64,000 nt of DNA from positions 64,001 through 128,000 of the forward strand of contig JBJKRI010000003.1 in the NCBI GenBank assembly GCA_046704725.1, given 5' to 3'. The translations under genes were made by a program, and so were the position numbers. Source of the stretch: Candidatus Woesearchaeota archaeon. GTDB taxonomy: Archaea > Nanobdellota > Nanobdellia > Woesearchaeales > SKIA01. A model generated the notes under the pieces. The model was not told the origin of the DNA, made no database searches, and saw nothing but the letters and a program-made list of their open reading frames with translations. Positions within the stretch are counted from its first letter, which is position 1, and each line of letters starts with the position of its first letter. Shown in pieces: positions 46,431-56,310 of this stretch.

Positions 46431-47429
46431 ATGACCGACGAATTCGTCTCTGAGGGCACCGGACGGCTCAGCCACATGCCTGAGCCCACCACGACGCTCG
46501 ACGACCATCCCGACGTCCACGGTTTCGACCTCGGCGAGGAATTGTCGGCTTCCGGTTTGCTCGACGCCATGGGCAGTATCGGTTTCCAGGCCACGCACTT
46601 GTCGCGAGCCCTCGAGGTCGTGAAAGCGATGCGCCGCGAGGGCGCCACCATCTTCTTCTCCTTCACAGGCAACATGGTCTCTTCCGGGGTGCGGGATCTC
46701 ATCCGCTATCTCGTCGAGCACGAGTACGTCGACGCTCTTGTCACCAACGCCGGCGGCGTGGAGGAGGATATCATCAAGTGCTTCGCGCCTTTCAAGATCG
46801 GCTCGTTCACCGTTCCCGGCCATGTCCTGTTCGAGAAGGGCGTGCACCGCATCGGCAACATCTTCGTGCCGACCGACCGCTACACCAAGCTCGACCAGTG
46901 GCTCACCCCGCGCATGGATTCCTATTTCGAACAACACAAGGTCGTTCGTCCATTGGAATTGCTCAAGTGGGTCGGTCAGGAGCTCGATGACGACAGCAGC
47001 ATCCTGACATGGGCGTCGCGCAACGACATCCCTGTCTTCTGTCCTGGCCTGCACGACGGCAGCTTCGGGCAGTTGTTCTACTTCCGCACCCACAAGGACA
47101 AGGAGTTCGTCGTGGATATCGCGCGCGAGAACAAGGCGATGATTGAATTGGCGTTGGGAGCGGAGAAGACCGGCGCGATCATCCTCGGCGGTGGTATCAG
47201 CAAGCACTGGACATTGCTTGGAAACATCTTCAACGACGGATTGCAGTACGTGGTCTATATCAACACGGGCATCGAGCATGACGGCAGCGACTCCGGAGCG
47301 GCGACCGAAGAGGCGGTGACCTGGTCCAAGATCCGTCCCGACGCCTTGGCGGTCAAGGTATGGTGCGACGCGACGATCGCCTTTCCGCTCTTGTGCGCGG
47401 GCTGGATGTCTTGGGAGCGCTCGCGATGA
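46431..47429 (+). CDS. dys: Deoxyhypusine synthase
   Basis: IGFQAT, TGNMVSSGVR, NAGGVEEDIIK, RIGNIFVP, DGS, GGGISKH, DGSDSGA..EEAVTWSK, DATIAFPLL. Confidence 0.95.
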   Translation: MTDEFVSEGTGRLSHMPEPTTTLDDHPDVHGFDLGEELSASGLLDAMGSIGFQATHLSRALEVVKAMRREGATIFFSFTGNMVSSGVRDLIRYLVEHEYVDALVTNAGGVEEDIIKCFAPFKIGSFTVPGHVLFEKGVHRIGNIFVPTDRYTKLDQWLTPRMDSYFEQHKVVRPLELLKWVGQELDDDSSILTWASRNDIPVFCPGLHDGSFGQLFYFRTHKDKEFVVDIARENKAMIELALGAEKTGAIILGGGISKHWTLLGNIFNDGLQYVVYINTGIEHDGSDSGAATEEAVTWSKIRPDALAVKVWCDATIAFPLLCAGWMSWERSR

Positions 47430-47911
47430 ACGTCGACGACGTCCCGCCGTCGGTCAGCGCGTTCTCGTCGCTTCCGCGTTTTCCGGACGGACGCATCGAT
47501 TATTCCGGTTCGGACACCGCTCCGGTCCTCACGGCTTTCCTCTTTTTCGGCGACCAGCTCTTGCTGCTCAAGCGCAGCCAGAATGTCGGTGCCTACAAGG
47601 GTCTCTGGAATGGTGTCGGCGGCTATCTCGATGAGCAGGTCCCGCTACGCCAGAAGGTTCTCGAGGAGCTGCGTGAGGAGCTCTCGATTCCCGAGGAGCG
47701 AGTCGTCTCGATGAAGGCAGCAGAGCCGATGGACTTGCTCGACGCGGAGATCGGGCGTCGCTGGATCATCCATCCCGTCCGCGTGGACATTGACAGCAAC
47801 GACTTCACCTTGGATGAGGAGCATACCGAGGCGCGTTGGATACGGCCCGAAGAGCTCGGAACCTTCGATTACGTGCTCGGTGCGGACACCGTGCTCCACA
47901 AACTCTTATGA
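47426..47911 (+). CDS. NUDIX hydrolase
   Basis: LLLKRS..V..YKGLWNGVGGYLDE...EELREEL; EHTEARWI. Confidence 0.85.
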   Translation: MNVDDVPPSVSAFSSLPRFPDGRIDYSGSDTAPVLTAFLFFGDQLLLLKRSQNVGAYKGLWNGVGGYLDEQVPLRQKVLEELREELSIPEERVVSMKAAEPMDLLDAEIGRRWIIHPVRVDIDSNDFTLDEEHTEARWIRPEELGTFDYVLGADTVLHKLL

Positions 47912-47914
47912 GTT

Positions 47915-48670
47915 TCAGGTCCGAAGTCCCCAGCCTTTCTTGAAGAGCCAGAAGTCCACGGCGAGAAAAGCCGCGGCCATTCCTGACAAGATGATGATGC
48001 CGAGCCAGATGGGCGCTTCGGCAGTGCCGATCATGCTGTAGCGCACCCCGTTGACCATGTAGAAGATGGGGTTGATGCGCGTGAATATCTGCAGTCCCTT
48101 TGGTATCGCTTGTATACTGTAGAACACGCCGCCCAGGAATACCAGCGGCGTGATGGCGAAGTTCATGAGGATGTTGAGCTGGTCATGCCGCTTCGCCCAC
48201 AACCCGATGATGATGCCGAGGCCGGCGAAGCTGACCGTGGTGAGCAGGATGTGCACGATGAGCAAGAACGGGTGCAGCGGGACGACGACCACGAACAGCA
48301 GGCTGATGACCCAGACTGCCACGCCGAGCGTGGCTCCCCGCACGATGCCGCCGATGATGAAGCCGACGACCATCTCGCTGTATGACAGCGAGGAGAGCAG
48401 GACGTCGTTGATGTAGCCGAGCAAGCGTCCCATGTAGAGGCTTCCCGACGGGTTGCTGTAGCTGCCGATGACAAGCTGCATGAGGATGAGTCCCGGAAGC
48501 AGGAAGCGTAGGTACTCCGTGGGATTGCCTTGGCTGATGCGGCTTCCCAACGCGACACCGAAGATGAGGAAATACAGGAGCGCCGATATCATCGGCGGGA
48601 TGATGGTGTTGTTCGCGACCTCGAAAAAGCGTCCTGTCTCGTGCTTGACGAGCGTCCAGATGGCCCTCAT
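47915..48670 (-). CDS. ABC-2 type transporter permease (YadH-like)
   Basis: PPMISALLYFLIFG, FLLPGL, TPLVFLGGVFY, NPIFYMVNGVRY. Confidence 0.9.
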   Translation of the reverse strand: MRAIWTLVKHETGRFFEVANNTIIPPMISALLYFLIFGVALGSRISQGNPTEYLRFLLPGLILMQLVIGSYSNPSGSLYMGRLLGYINDVLLSSLSYSEMVVGFIIGGIVRGATLGVAVWVISLLFVVVVPLHPFLLIVHILLTTVSFAGLGIIIGLWAKRHDQLNILMNFAITPLVFLGGVFYSIQAIPKGLQIFTRINPIFYMVNGVRYSMIGTAEAPIWLGIIILSGMAAAFLAVDFWLFKKGWGLRT

Positions 48671-49560
48671 CGCTTCTTCCTCGTGAGCCGCAAGAAGACC
48701 TCTTCCAGCGATTGCCGCCTCGTGTCGATGCCCACGAGCTCTCCGGCATTCTGCAGCTCCTTGATGACTGCGGATTCGTCCTGTCCGGGCTCGATTTGCA
48801 CCGTGAGCGTCTTGTCTTCGCGTGTCGCTCCTTTCACCGCTTTGGGCTTTTTCGCGTATGTCGCGGTGATGGTCTTTCTCGCGAAGCGGTCGAGCAGTGC
48901 GGTCTTCTTCTCGACATGCAGGATGGTGCCGTCGTTGATGATCGCGACCGTGTCGCACAGTTCCTGCGCCTCCTCGATGTAGTGCGTCGTCAGAAGGACG
49001 GTCAGGCCGTCGTCATTGAGGCCGCGGATCTGCTCCCACAATTCTTGCCGCGTCTCCACGTCAAGGCCTGCTGTCGGCTCGTCGAGGATGAGTATCTCCG
49101 GTCCGTGTATGAGCGCTTTGGCGAGCTCGACACGGCGTTTCTGCCCGCCGCTGATCTCTCTTGGGGTTCGTTTCGCCAGCGAGGTGATGCCGAACCGCTT
49201 GAGGAGCTTCTTCGTTCGTTTCTCGGCTTCATCAGCAGGGATGCCGAAGTATCCCGCTTGGTAGACGAGCAGGTCGTGCACGGAGAAGAACGGGTCCATC
49301 TGCAGCTCCTGCTGAGACAGGCCGATGGCCCTTCGTGCTGCGCGATACTCTTGCTTGTTGTCGTGGCCGACCACGACGATCTTTCCTTTTGTCGGCTCTG
49401 TCAATCCGCAGATGCAGTGGATAAGCGTGGTCTTCCCCGCACCGTTTGGTCCGAGCAATCCGAAGAAGCTGCCCTTGGGGATTTCGAGGTCGATCCCTTT
49501 GAGGGCGTGGACGTCCTTGTACGCTTTCTTGACGCCACGTATCTCTATCGCCGCAACCAT
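48667..49560 (-). CDS. ABC transporter ATP-binding protein (YadG-like)
   Basis: GPNGAGKTT, ISGGQ, LILDEPTAG, TTHYIEEA. Confidence 0.93.
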   Translation of the reverse strand: MVAAIEIRGVKKAYKDVHALKGIDLEIPKGSFFGLLGPNGAGKTTLIHCICGLTEPTKGKIVVVGHDNKQEYRAARRAIGLSQQELQMDPFFSVHDLLVYQAGYFGIPADEAEKRTKKLLKRFGITSLAKRTPREISGGQKRRVELAKALIHGPEILILDEPTAGLDVETRQELWEQIRGLNDDGLTVLLTTHYIEEAQELCDTVAIINDGTILHVEKKTALLDRFARKTITATYAKKPKAVKGATREDKTLTVQIEPGQDESAVIKELQNAGELVGIDTRRQSLEEVFLRLTRKKR

Positions 49561-49674
49561 AGCATCCGCAACAGCAGGTCGTTTATATAGCTGCGTCTCT
49601 AGTATCACAGCACGGGCGTGCGTCCCGTTCACTCGCTGGAAAACTCTTTTAACGTTACTCACGTTTCAACGATT

Positions 49675-49959
49675 ATGGCGAAATGCACGTTCCTCATGGA
49701 TGAGCTGACCGTCGAGGTCGAGGATGGCTCTAAGCTTGTCGACGTCGCGCGCGACAGCGGCTCTTCCATCCCCTTCGGCTGCACGAACGGCTTGTGCGGC
49801 ACCTGCCTTTCCACGATCCCTTCCGGCATGGAGAACCTGTCCGAGATGCAGAAGCACGAGAAGGACACTTTGGAGATGTTCGGCGCCAACGACGGCGAGC
49901 ACCGGTTGATCTGCCAGTGCCGCCTCCTGAAGGGCGATGTGTCCATCGATAATCCCTAA
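49675..49959 (+). CDS. [2Fe-2S] ferredoxin
   Basis: PFGCTNGLCGTC...RLICQC. Confidence 0.9.
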   Translation: MAKCTFLMDELTVEVEDGSKLVDVARDSGSSIPFGCTNGLCGTCLSTIPSGMENLSEMQKHEKDTLEMFGANDGEHRLICQCRLLKGDVSIDNP

Positions 49960-49983
49960 ATAGGGGCCTTCTCTTCCTCTTCT

Positions 49984-50625
49984 ATGAAGCTGTTCGTCTG
50001 GGACCTGCATGGGGTGCTCGAGAAAGGGAACGACGATGCGGTCATCGTGATCTCGAACGCTGTGCTTGAGCAGCACGGCTACACGAAGCGTTTCACCATG
50101 GCGGATTGCAAACGTCTCAACGGCAAGAAATGGTGGGAGTATTTCGCCGACCTGCTGCCCGAGGAATCGCACGAGCGCCATCTCGTTTTGCAGGAGGCGT
50201 GCTTCGCCTACGACAACGCGCATTTCGAGGAGCTGTTCACCAAGCACATCTTCCCGAACGACCACGCGCTCCATGTGCTTCAGACGATCTCACGACAGCA
50301 CGAGCAGATCCTCATCAGCAACACGAGACCCCGCGCCCTCGAGTTCTACTTGCAGCATCTCGGTATCGGAGAGTATTTCGTCGCCGCGCTCGCCGTGGAC
50401 GCGCACTCGAATCCTGGACGCACCAAGCCGCCCTTGCTCGCGCGGTACTTGGAGGACAAGGACTACGACGCGATTGTCATCATCGGCGATTCAGCCAGCG
50501 ACATGGATCTGCGGTCAGTTGCCGGTGGCAAGACGTATCTCTATTCCCGGCCGGAGAAGCAGCACCGTGAATGTGAGTCGGACGTGCGCATCACCGATCT
50601 GCGCGACGTGCTCAAGGAACTGTGA
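49984..50625 (+). CDS. HAD-superfamily hydrolase
   Basis: WDLHGVL, ISN, K, IGDSASD. Confidence 0.8.
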   Translation: MKLFVWDLHGVLEKGNDDAVIVISNAVLEQHGYTKRFTMADCKRLNGKKWWEYFADLLPEESHERHLVLQEACFAYDNAHFEELFTKHIFPNDHALHVLQTISRQHEQILISNTRPRALEFYLQHLGIGEYFVAALAVDAHSNPGRTKPPLLARYLEDKDYDAIVIIGDSASDMDLRSVAGGKTYLYSRPEKQHRECESDVRITDLRDVLKEL

Positions 50626-50658
50626 ATGGTGCATTGATGGTGTTCCACAAGTCTTTCT

Positions 50659-51630
50659 CTATCGGAGCATCGCTTCGGGCACGGACACCTCTTTGTGCAC
50701 GGAAAGGTGCATCTGCAGTTCGTAGTCGAGCAGTTCTTGCGCGAACGTGTCTCGCAGGTCCTGGAGCACGGTATTGAATTCCTGTCGCGTCCTCGTGTAG
50801 ATGGTGAGCACGATGTTGTGCCGTCCGACCATGCGCGTGCAGTACGCGACCTCTGGCCGTGCGTTCGCCCACGCGGCCATCTTCTGTGTCGTCGCGTCGT
50901 TCATGCGTTCGAGCTGGAGCTCGACGTGGTATCCTTCGTATCCGAGGGCTTCGGGGTTGAGCAGGATGGTGTAGCTGTTGATGACGCTTCTCTCGAGCGC
51001 TTTGACGCGTTGACGGACGGTCTCAGGGGTCGTGCCGACACTCTCGGCGATATCGGTCGCTGGCGCGCGGCAGTCCTTCACGAGGATGCGCAGGATGCGC
51101 CTGTCCGTCTCATCGAGCGCTTGCGGCGTCCCGTGGAAGTGCACGATCCGCTCGGCGACCGGCGCGTTCTTGTCGAGCAGCCCGAGCCGCGTGAACTTGT
51201 ATTCTGTCGTGTACAACGAGAGGCGGTGCTCCTTGAGCGCGTCGCCCACGATATCCGTGATATCGCCGACCTGGTGGGCGAGGTCCTCGTTGCTGGTGTA
51301 GAAGACGTTGCAGGTGATGTCGAACGTGCCCGAGAGTTCCGCCACCCAGTTCGTGCGGTCGTGCGCGCAGAGCTGCGCGATGATCTCCGCGCGTCTCTGC
51401 TGCGTCGCGCCGCTGAGCTTGAGCATAACGCTCGCCACGCCTTGCGCGAACGCTCCTTGGTCGACGTGCGTGCGGTACGCGCCGATGACGCCCGCTTCCT
51501 CGCACTTTCCCATTGCGTAGCGCACCACGTCTCTGGAGACGGCGCAGCGCTTGGCGAGCGCGCTGATCGGGAGCCGCGCGTTCTCCAGCAGTGCGGCGAG
51601 GATCCGGCGGTCCTTCGCGTTTATTTCCAC
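50659..51630 (-). CDS. Tandem (duplicated) Lrp/AsnC transcriptional regulator
   Basis: Two HTH-RAM units: KDRRILAALLENAR and TDRRILRILVKDCR. Confidence 0.9.
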   Translation of the reverse strand: MEINAKDRRILAALLENARLPISALAKRCAVSRDVVRYAMGKCEEAGVIGAYRTHVDQGAFAQGVASVMLKLSGATQQRRAEIIAQLCAHDRTNWVAELSGTFDITCNVFYTSNEDLAHQVGDITDIVGDALKEHRLSLYTTEYKFTRLGLLDKNAPVAERIVHFHGTPQALDETDRRILRILVKDCRAPATDIAESVGTTPETVRQRVKALERSVINSYTILLNPEALGYEGYHVELQLERMNDATTQKMAAWANARPEVAYCTRMVGRHNIVLTIYTRTRQEFNTVLQDLRDTFAQELLDYELQMHLSVHKEVSVPEAMLR

Positions 51631-51717
51631 AATAGTTGGTACTGAATCGCTTGTATATAGAGTATTGTGGAAAATATCAGGGATTGTTTTGTATATCGTA
51701 AAGTATGCTATTTGTTA

Positions 51718-52782
51718 GTGGTTACAATTCCTGTGTTGGATGCGGCCGCGCGGTACGCGAGCGGCCTGGATCTCTCGAAGACCGTGCTCATCGCATCGCA
51801 GCACGTGCTGGAGACGAACCGGACGCTCTTTGCGTACCTGCTGCGCGCGGGTCTGCATCCGGAGAACACACACCTCATCGGGAAAGCCTACTCCGCGAAC
51901 AATGCCGTCGCAAGACGCTTCGACGCGATGGGCATCGACACGCGCATCGTTCCGTTCGACAGCCACGAAGCCTATGCGCAGACGTTCGGGCGTGCGACGG
52001 GCCCGTTCCTCGACGATGTCCTCGAGCGGCATCCCGATGCGGAGCGCTACGTCATCCTCGAAGACGGAGGGCACCTGCTCTCGCGGATGAATGCTCGTCC
52101 GCAGCGCGCTCGGGCGGTCGGTGTCGAGCAGACCTCTTCGGGGCATCACCTGCTCGCAGGATTGGATCTCGGTTTCCCGGTCGTCAGCGTGGCGCGCTCG
52201 GACGCGAAGCTCCTGTACGAGAGCCCTTCGATCGCGAAATCCGCATTGGAAGCGACGAAGCGAGCCGTCGACACGGATGGTCGCGAGGTCTTGGTCATCG
52301 GTGGAGGGGCGATCGGTCAAGCGATCGCTGCCGAGCATCCGGGAAGCATCGTATACGACATCTCCGACGCGGGGCTCTTGGAGGATATGCTCTCCTCGCA
52401 CGACCTCATCTATGGCTGCACGGGAAAACCCTCTGTCCCGCGCGAGCTGCACGAGTACATGCGAGCGGGCACTGTGCTCGCGAGCGTCTCCTCGCACGAT
52501 TACGAGTTCGACGCCGTGGCGATGCGCCGGCAGCACGGACGCACCGACGACCCGCACAAGCGGTACGTCACCAATGGGGTCGAGCTGCTCAACGCCGGCT
52601 TCCCGGTCAACTTCACCGGTGAGGAGAACAGCGTCCCGCTCGAGGATATCCAGCTCACGCTCGGTCTGTTGTACGGCGGCGTCGCCCAAGCGACGCGCGA
52701 GCGCGTTCCGGGATTGCGGCCGTTGGACCCGCAGCTTCAGAGACGCTGTTTGCGCGTATGGAGGGCTGATCATGGATACTGA
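51718..52782 (+). CDS. Divergent S-adenosylhomocysteine hydrolase-like NAD-binding protein
   Basis: ILEDGG, GVEQTSSG, FPVVSVARSDAKLLYES, IGGGAIG, GCTG, NAGFPVNF; start codon uncertain. Confidence 0.7.
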   Translation: MVTIPVLDAAARYASGLDLSKTVLIASQHVLETNRTLFAYLLRAGLHPENTHLIGKAYSANNAVARRFDAMGIDTRIVPFDSHEAYAQTFGRATGPFLDDVLERHPDAERYVILEDGGHLLSRMNARPQRARAVGVEQTSSGHHLLAGLDLGFPVVSVARSDAKLLYESPSIAKSALEATKRAVDTDGREVLVIGGGAIGQAIAAEHPGSIVYDISDAGLLEDMLSSHDLIYGCTGKPSVPRELHEYMRAGTVLASVSSHDYEFDAVAMRRQHGRTDDPHKRYVTNGVELLNAGFPVNFTGEENSVPLEDIQLTLGLLYGGVAQATRERVPGLRPLDPQLQRRCLRVWRADHGY

Positions 52783-52861
52783 CTCGCTGCGGGAATTGTA
52801 TGCGGAGTGGTCACGCTTCTACGATGTGGGGCGTAATTCCGCAGTCGTGCCGATACGGTCT

Positions 52862-53647
52862 TCACTGCGGTCTGCCGATTCCGCGCACCGCCTTCCTGAG
52901 TGCCGCTTGCGTCTCCCCATCCACTGCCAACACCCCTTCTTCTGCTTTCTCCCCTATTTCTTTGCTCAACGGTATCCGGCAGATGAACGGCAGTCCCAAT
53001 TCCTTGGCCACTTCTTCTGCCCCTCCTTGCCCGAACACGTCGCCGCTCATGTTCTCGATCACCCCATAGACACGCACGCCGAGCTTCTTCGCCATGGCCG
53101 CCGCTCGCTTCAGGTCGCCGAGCGCCGAGCGCGACGGCGTGCTCACCAAGATGACGCCGGTGAGGTTCGCGACCTGCATCGCCGACAAGGGCACGTCCGA
53201 CGTGCCCGGCGGAAAGTCGATGACCAGCGCGTCGAGCGCTCCCCAGTCCGTCTTCTCGATGAAGTCGGTGAGCAACCGGTGCTTGATGGGTCCGCGGATG
53301 ATGAGTGGCTCTCCCTCGTCCTGCATGAAGCCCGTGCTCACGACCTTCACTCCCTCGTGCAGGATCGGCCGGAGTTTGCCGCTCTCGGTGACGTGCAGCT
53401 CGGCCTTCTCGTTCAGCGCTGTGGGGATGTTCGGGCAGTCCACGTCCGCATCCAAGAGCCCGACGCTCTTTCCCGCGTCCTGTAGCGCCAATGCGAGCTG
53501 CACGGACAAGAAGGTCTTTCCCACGCCGCCCTTTCCCGCGTGCACCCCGACGCGCACCGGGATATCTTTCACGGATTCAAGCAATCGCTCCTTCTCCTGC
53601 GTGATCGGGTCCTTCTCGGCCTCGGGAGTGTATTGCGGCAGCGCCAT
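52862..53647 (-). CDS. Mrp/NBP35-family P-loop ATPase
   Basis: GKGGVGKT, LLDADVDCP, RGP, DFPPGTSD, IENMS. Confidence 0.9.
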   Translation of the reverse strand: MALPQYTPEAEKDPITQEKERLLESVKDIPVRVGVHAGKGGVGKTFLSVQLALALQDAGKSVGLLDADVDCPNIPTALNEKAELHVTESGKLRPILHEGVKVVSTGFMQDEGEPLIIRGPIKHRLLTDFIEKTDWGALDALVIDFPPGTSDVPLSAMQVANLTGVILVSTPSRSALGDLKRAAAMAKKLGVRVYGVIENMSGDVFGQGGAEEVAKELGLPFICRIPLSKEIGEKAEEGVLAVDGETQAALRKAVRGIGRPQ

Positions 53648-53722
53648 GCGTATCGGAATTTCTAGCGCCTTATATCGCTTTTCGGGCGAAAGGCATATAT
53701 TTCGCCCTTCGACCGTAGCGTC

Positions 53723-54439
53723 ATGACTCTTGATTCTGCTCTCGCGGAGTTCAAGCGTGCGGAGGACTGGCGCCAGCGCGTGGTCCAGCAGACCGTTAGT
53801 GAAGCGAGGATGCTTGAGGAGCGACGACGGAAGGCTGATGGGTATGCCGTAACATGCAAGCGGGAGGTCGAAAAAGAGCTTCTCAAACAGCCTGCGGGCG
53901 CTGGACGCGTCTTGTACTTCCATGCGACTGGGGAGCTCGCCGATGATGATACTGCACAGGCATACGATATGATGATCCAGCGCGCGGCCATGCCGAACGA
54001 CATGCTGTTGTTCGGTGTCCTTGGCCGTACTTTCGACGACTTATCTCTGGTGGCCGCGTATATCGCGAGGACCTCCGTCGATTTTCTCCGCACACCGTTC
54101 ATCCTCCCGCCTGAGCGGACACGCGTCGTGTGTTACCGTCATTCGCGGCCGATGTTGAACGGGCTTTCTATACTGTTCGAGCGCAATCCACAGGTCTTCT
54201 CGAATATCGACACTACCGAAGTCTGTAAGTCGCGATTGCGTTTCTCCTATGTTCCCGGCAATCCACAATCGGAACGGCACTCGGATGTCGTCATCGGGAG
54301 AGGGGCTGTCGCGAGCTATCTCCTGGAGCATGGTCTTGGCAAGTATTTCAACCGCGCGTTCAAGGAACTGTTCCCGAAAGAGAGCGGAGGCTTCCGGGAG
54401 ATGTTCAATGGTTTTCTCACTCTAGCCACCGGTCTCTAG
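53723..54439 (+). CDS. Hypothetical protein
   Basis: 238-aa ORF with CGAAAGGCATATAT promoter-like box; no recognised motif. Confidence 0.6.
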   Translation: MTLDSALAEFKRAEDWRQRVVQQTVSEARMLEERRRKADGYAVTCKREVEKELLKQPAGAGRVLYFHATGELADDDTAQAYDMMIQRAAMPNDMLLFGVLGRTFDDLSLVAAYIARTSVDFLRTPFILPPERTRVVCYRHSRPMLNGLSILFERNPQVFSNIDTTEVCKSRLRFSYVPGNPQSERHSDVVIGRGAVASYLLEHGLGKYFNRAFKELFPKESGGFREMFNGFLTLATGL

Positions 54440-55092
54440 CGATTTGGCACATTGAACGCTGACGGACAGATCTTCGACAATGCGCACTTCTCGCATTCGG
54501 GCTTCCGCGCGTGGCATACGGCGCGGCCATGCTGGATGAGCAGGTCGCCCCACTCCAGCCAGTACTCCTTCGGCAGGAGCCGCATCATTGTCCTCTCTCC
54601 GACGATCGCGTCCTTTTTCTCGATGAAGCCGAGGCGCATCGTCACGCGCTGGATGTGCGTGTCCATGACGATGCCGTGCCGCGCCCCCTTCCAGACCTGC
54701 AGCACGACGTTCGCCGTCTTCCGGCCGACGCCGGGCAGCGCGACGAGCTCTGACATCGTCTCGGGCACGCGACCGTCGTGCTCATCCACGACGGCTTTCG
54801 CGCATGCTTGCAGGTTCTTCGCCTTGCTCTTGTAGTATCCTGTGCTGTACACGAGCCGCTCGATCGCTTCTCGCGGAGCGCCCGCCACGGCTTTGGGCGT
54901 CGGATACGCCTTGAACAGCGCGGGAGTCACGCGATTGACGTTGTCGTCCGTGGTCTGCGCCGACAGCATGACCGCTACCAGCAATTCCCACGGTCTTTTC
55001 CAGCGCAGCTTGGTGCCGTGGATACTGTACTCGCGGGAGAGGATGCCGATGACGTCTTCCGCTCGCTTCCGCAAGGCTTTCTCGCTCGCCAC
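54436..55092 (-). CDS. nth: Endonuclease III
   Basis: LSAQTTD, HhH LPGVGRKTANVV, MDTH, C-terminal C-x6-C-x2-C-x5-C 4Fe-4S motif. Confidence 0.95.
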   Translation of the reverse strand: MASEKALRKRAEDVIGILSREYSIHGTKLRWKRPWELLVAVMLSAQTTDDNVNRVTPALFKAYPTPKAVAGAPREAIERLVYSTGYYKSKAKNLQACAKAVVDEHDGRVPETMSELVALPGVGRKTANVVLQVWKGARHGIVMDTHIQRVTMRLGFIEKKDAIVGERTMMRLLPKEYWLEWGDLLIQHGRAVCHARKPECEKCALSKICPSAFNVPNR

Positions 55093-55184
55093 CTACAGAC
55101 CACCGCGCGTCCCTTTATCGGTGTTTCGCAATCCCTGGCAGTTTCGTGCAGAACGCTTTTATACGGCCACGATATGGCTTCTCT

Positions 55185-55790
55185 ATGACAGAGAAACTTC
55201 CGGATTTACCCTACGCCTACGACGCGCTCCAACCGTCCATCGACGAGAAGACGATGCACCTGCATCACGACAAGCACCACGCAGGTTACGTCAAGAAGTA
55301 CAACGCCGCAGTGGAAGGCACTCCGTTCGCGGACATGCCCGTCGATGCGGTGCTCGCCAAGCTCGACGAGGTGCCCGAGGATATCCGCACGGCCGTGCGC
55401 AACAACGGCGGCGGCGCTTCCAACCACGCCAAGTTCTGGCTGTGGATGACGCCCGATAGCACGAGCCCCAAGGGCGATGTGCTCGACGCCATCCAGGAGG
55501 CTTTCGGCGGCTTCGAGGACTTCCAGGCAGCGTTCAAGAAGGCTGCATTGACACGTTTCGGCAGCGGATGGGCGTGGCTCGTCGTCAAGGACGGCAAGCT
55601 CTCCATCACGAGCACCCCGAACCAGGACACGCCGATCAGCCAGGGTCTGACGCCGATCCTCGGTTTGGATGTCTGGGAGCACGCCTACTACATCCACTAC
55701 GGCCCCGGACGCGGCGATTACATCGACGCGTGGTGGAACGTGGTGAACTGGGAGCAGGTGGCAAAGGACCTCGCCGCGGCGAAGAAGTAG
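55185..55790 (+). CDS. sod: Fe/Mn superoxide dismutase
   Basis: LPYAYDAL, HHDKHH, NNGGG..NH, FGSGW, NQD, DVWEHAYY. Confidence 0.96.
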   Translation: MTEKLPDLPYAYDALQPSIDEKTMHLHHDKHHAGYVKKYNAAVEGTPFADMPVDAVLAKLDEVPEDIRTAVRNNGGGASNHAKFWLWMTPDSTSPKGDVLDAIQEAFGGFEDFQAAFKKAALTRFGSGWAWLVVKDGKLSITSTPNQDTPISQGLTPILGLDVWEHAYYIHYGPGRGDYIDAWWNVVNWEQVAKDLAAAKK

Positions 55791-55794
55791 TTGT

Positions 55795-56289
55795 TCAGGC
55801 CAGGTCCTCTCGCAGCAGGACGAAATGCCTGTAGCCCGACCCTTCCGAGTGGTAGGTGAAGCCGAGCCGCTTGATGAGCTCTTGGGAGCGGATGTTCTCC
55901 TCCTTCGCGCTCGCGACGATGTGCGTGAGGCGGAGTCTCCTGAAGGCCTCGCCGATGACGAGCTCGAGCGCTTCTTGCGCGTAGCCGTTCCCCCAGTAGG
56001 CCCTCCCGAGCCATGTCCCGATGTCGGCGCGCCCGTTCCCGATGTTGAGCAATGACGCGACCCCGATCGGCCGTTCCGCGTGGATGACGTAGCTCGCGTC
56101 CGTCCCTGCCCTGAAGCGCTCGCGCACGTCGGCTATCCAGCCTGCCGTGTCCTCCGGTCCTTTGGGCTTGGGGATGTTGGTATGCTCGATGACCTCATCC
56201 TCTAGCAGCCCGTAGAGGTCCGCGGCGTCGCCGGGCCCCGGGAGAGCTAGCGTGATGCGCTTTCCATGGATGCGTTGGGGGAGTCTCAT
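55795..56289 (-). CDS. GNAT acetyltransferase (RimJ/RimL-like)
   Basis: IGTWLGRAYWGNGYAQEA, NIRSQELIKRLGF. Confidence 0.88.
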   Translation of the reverse strand: MRLPQRIHGKRITLALPGPGDAADLYGLLEDEVIEHTNIPKPKGPEDTAGWIADVRERFRAGTDASYVIHAERPIGVASLLNIGNGRADIGTWLGRAYWGNGYAQEALELVIGEAFRRLRLTHIVASAKEENIRSQELIKRLGFTYHSEGSGYRHFVLLREDLA

Positions 56290-56310
56290 ACCGCCACACA
56301 GTCTGCAGGA

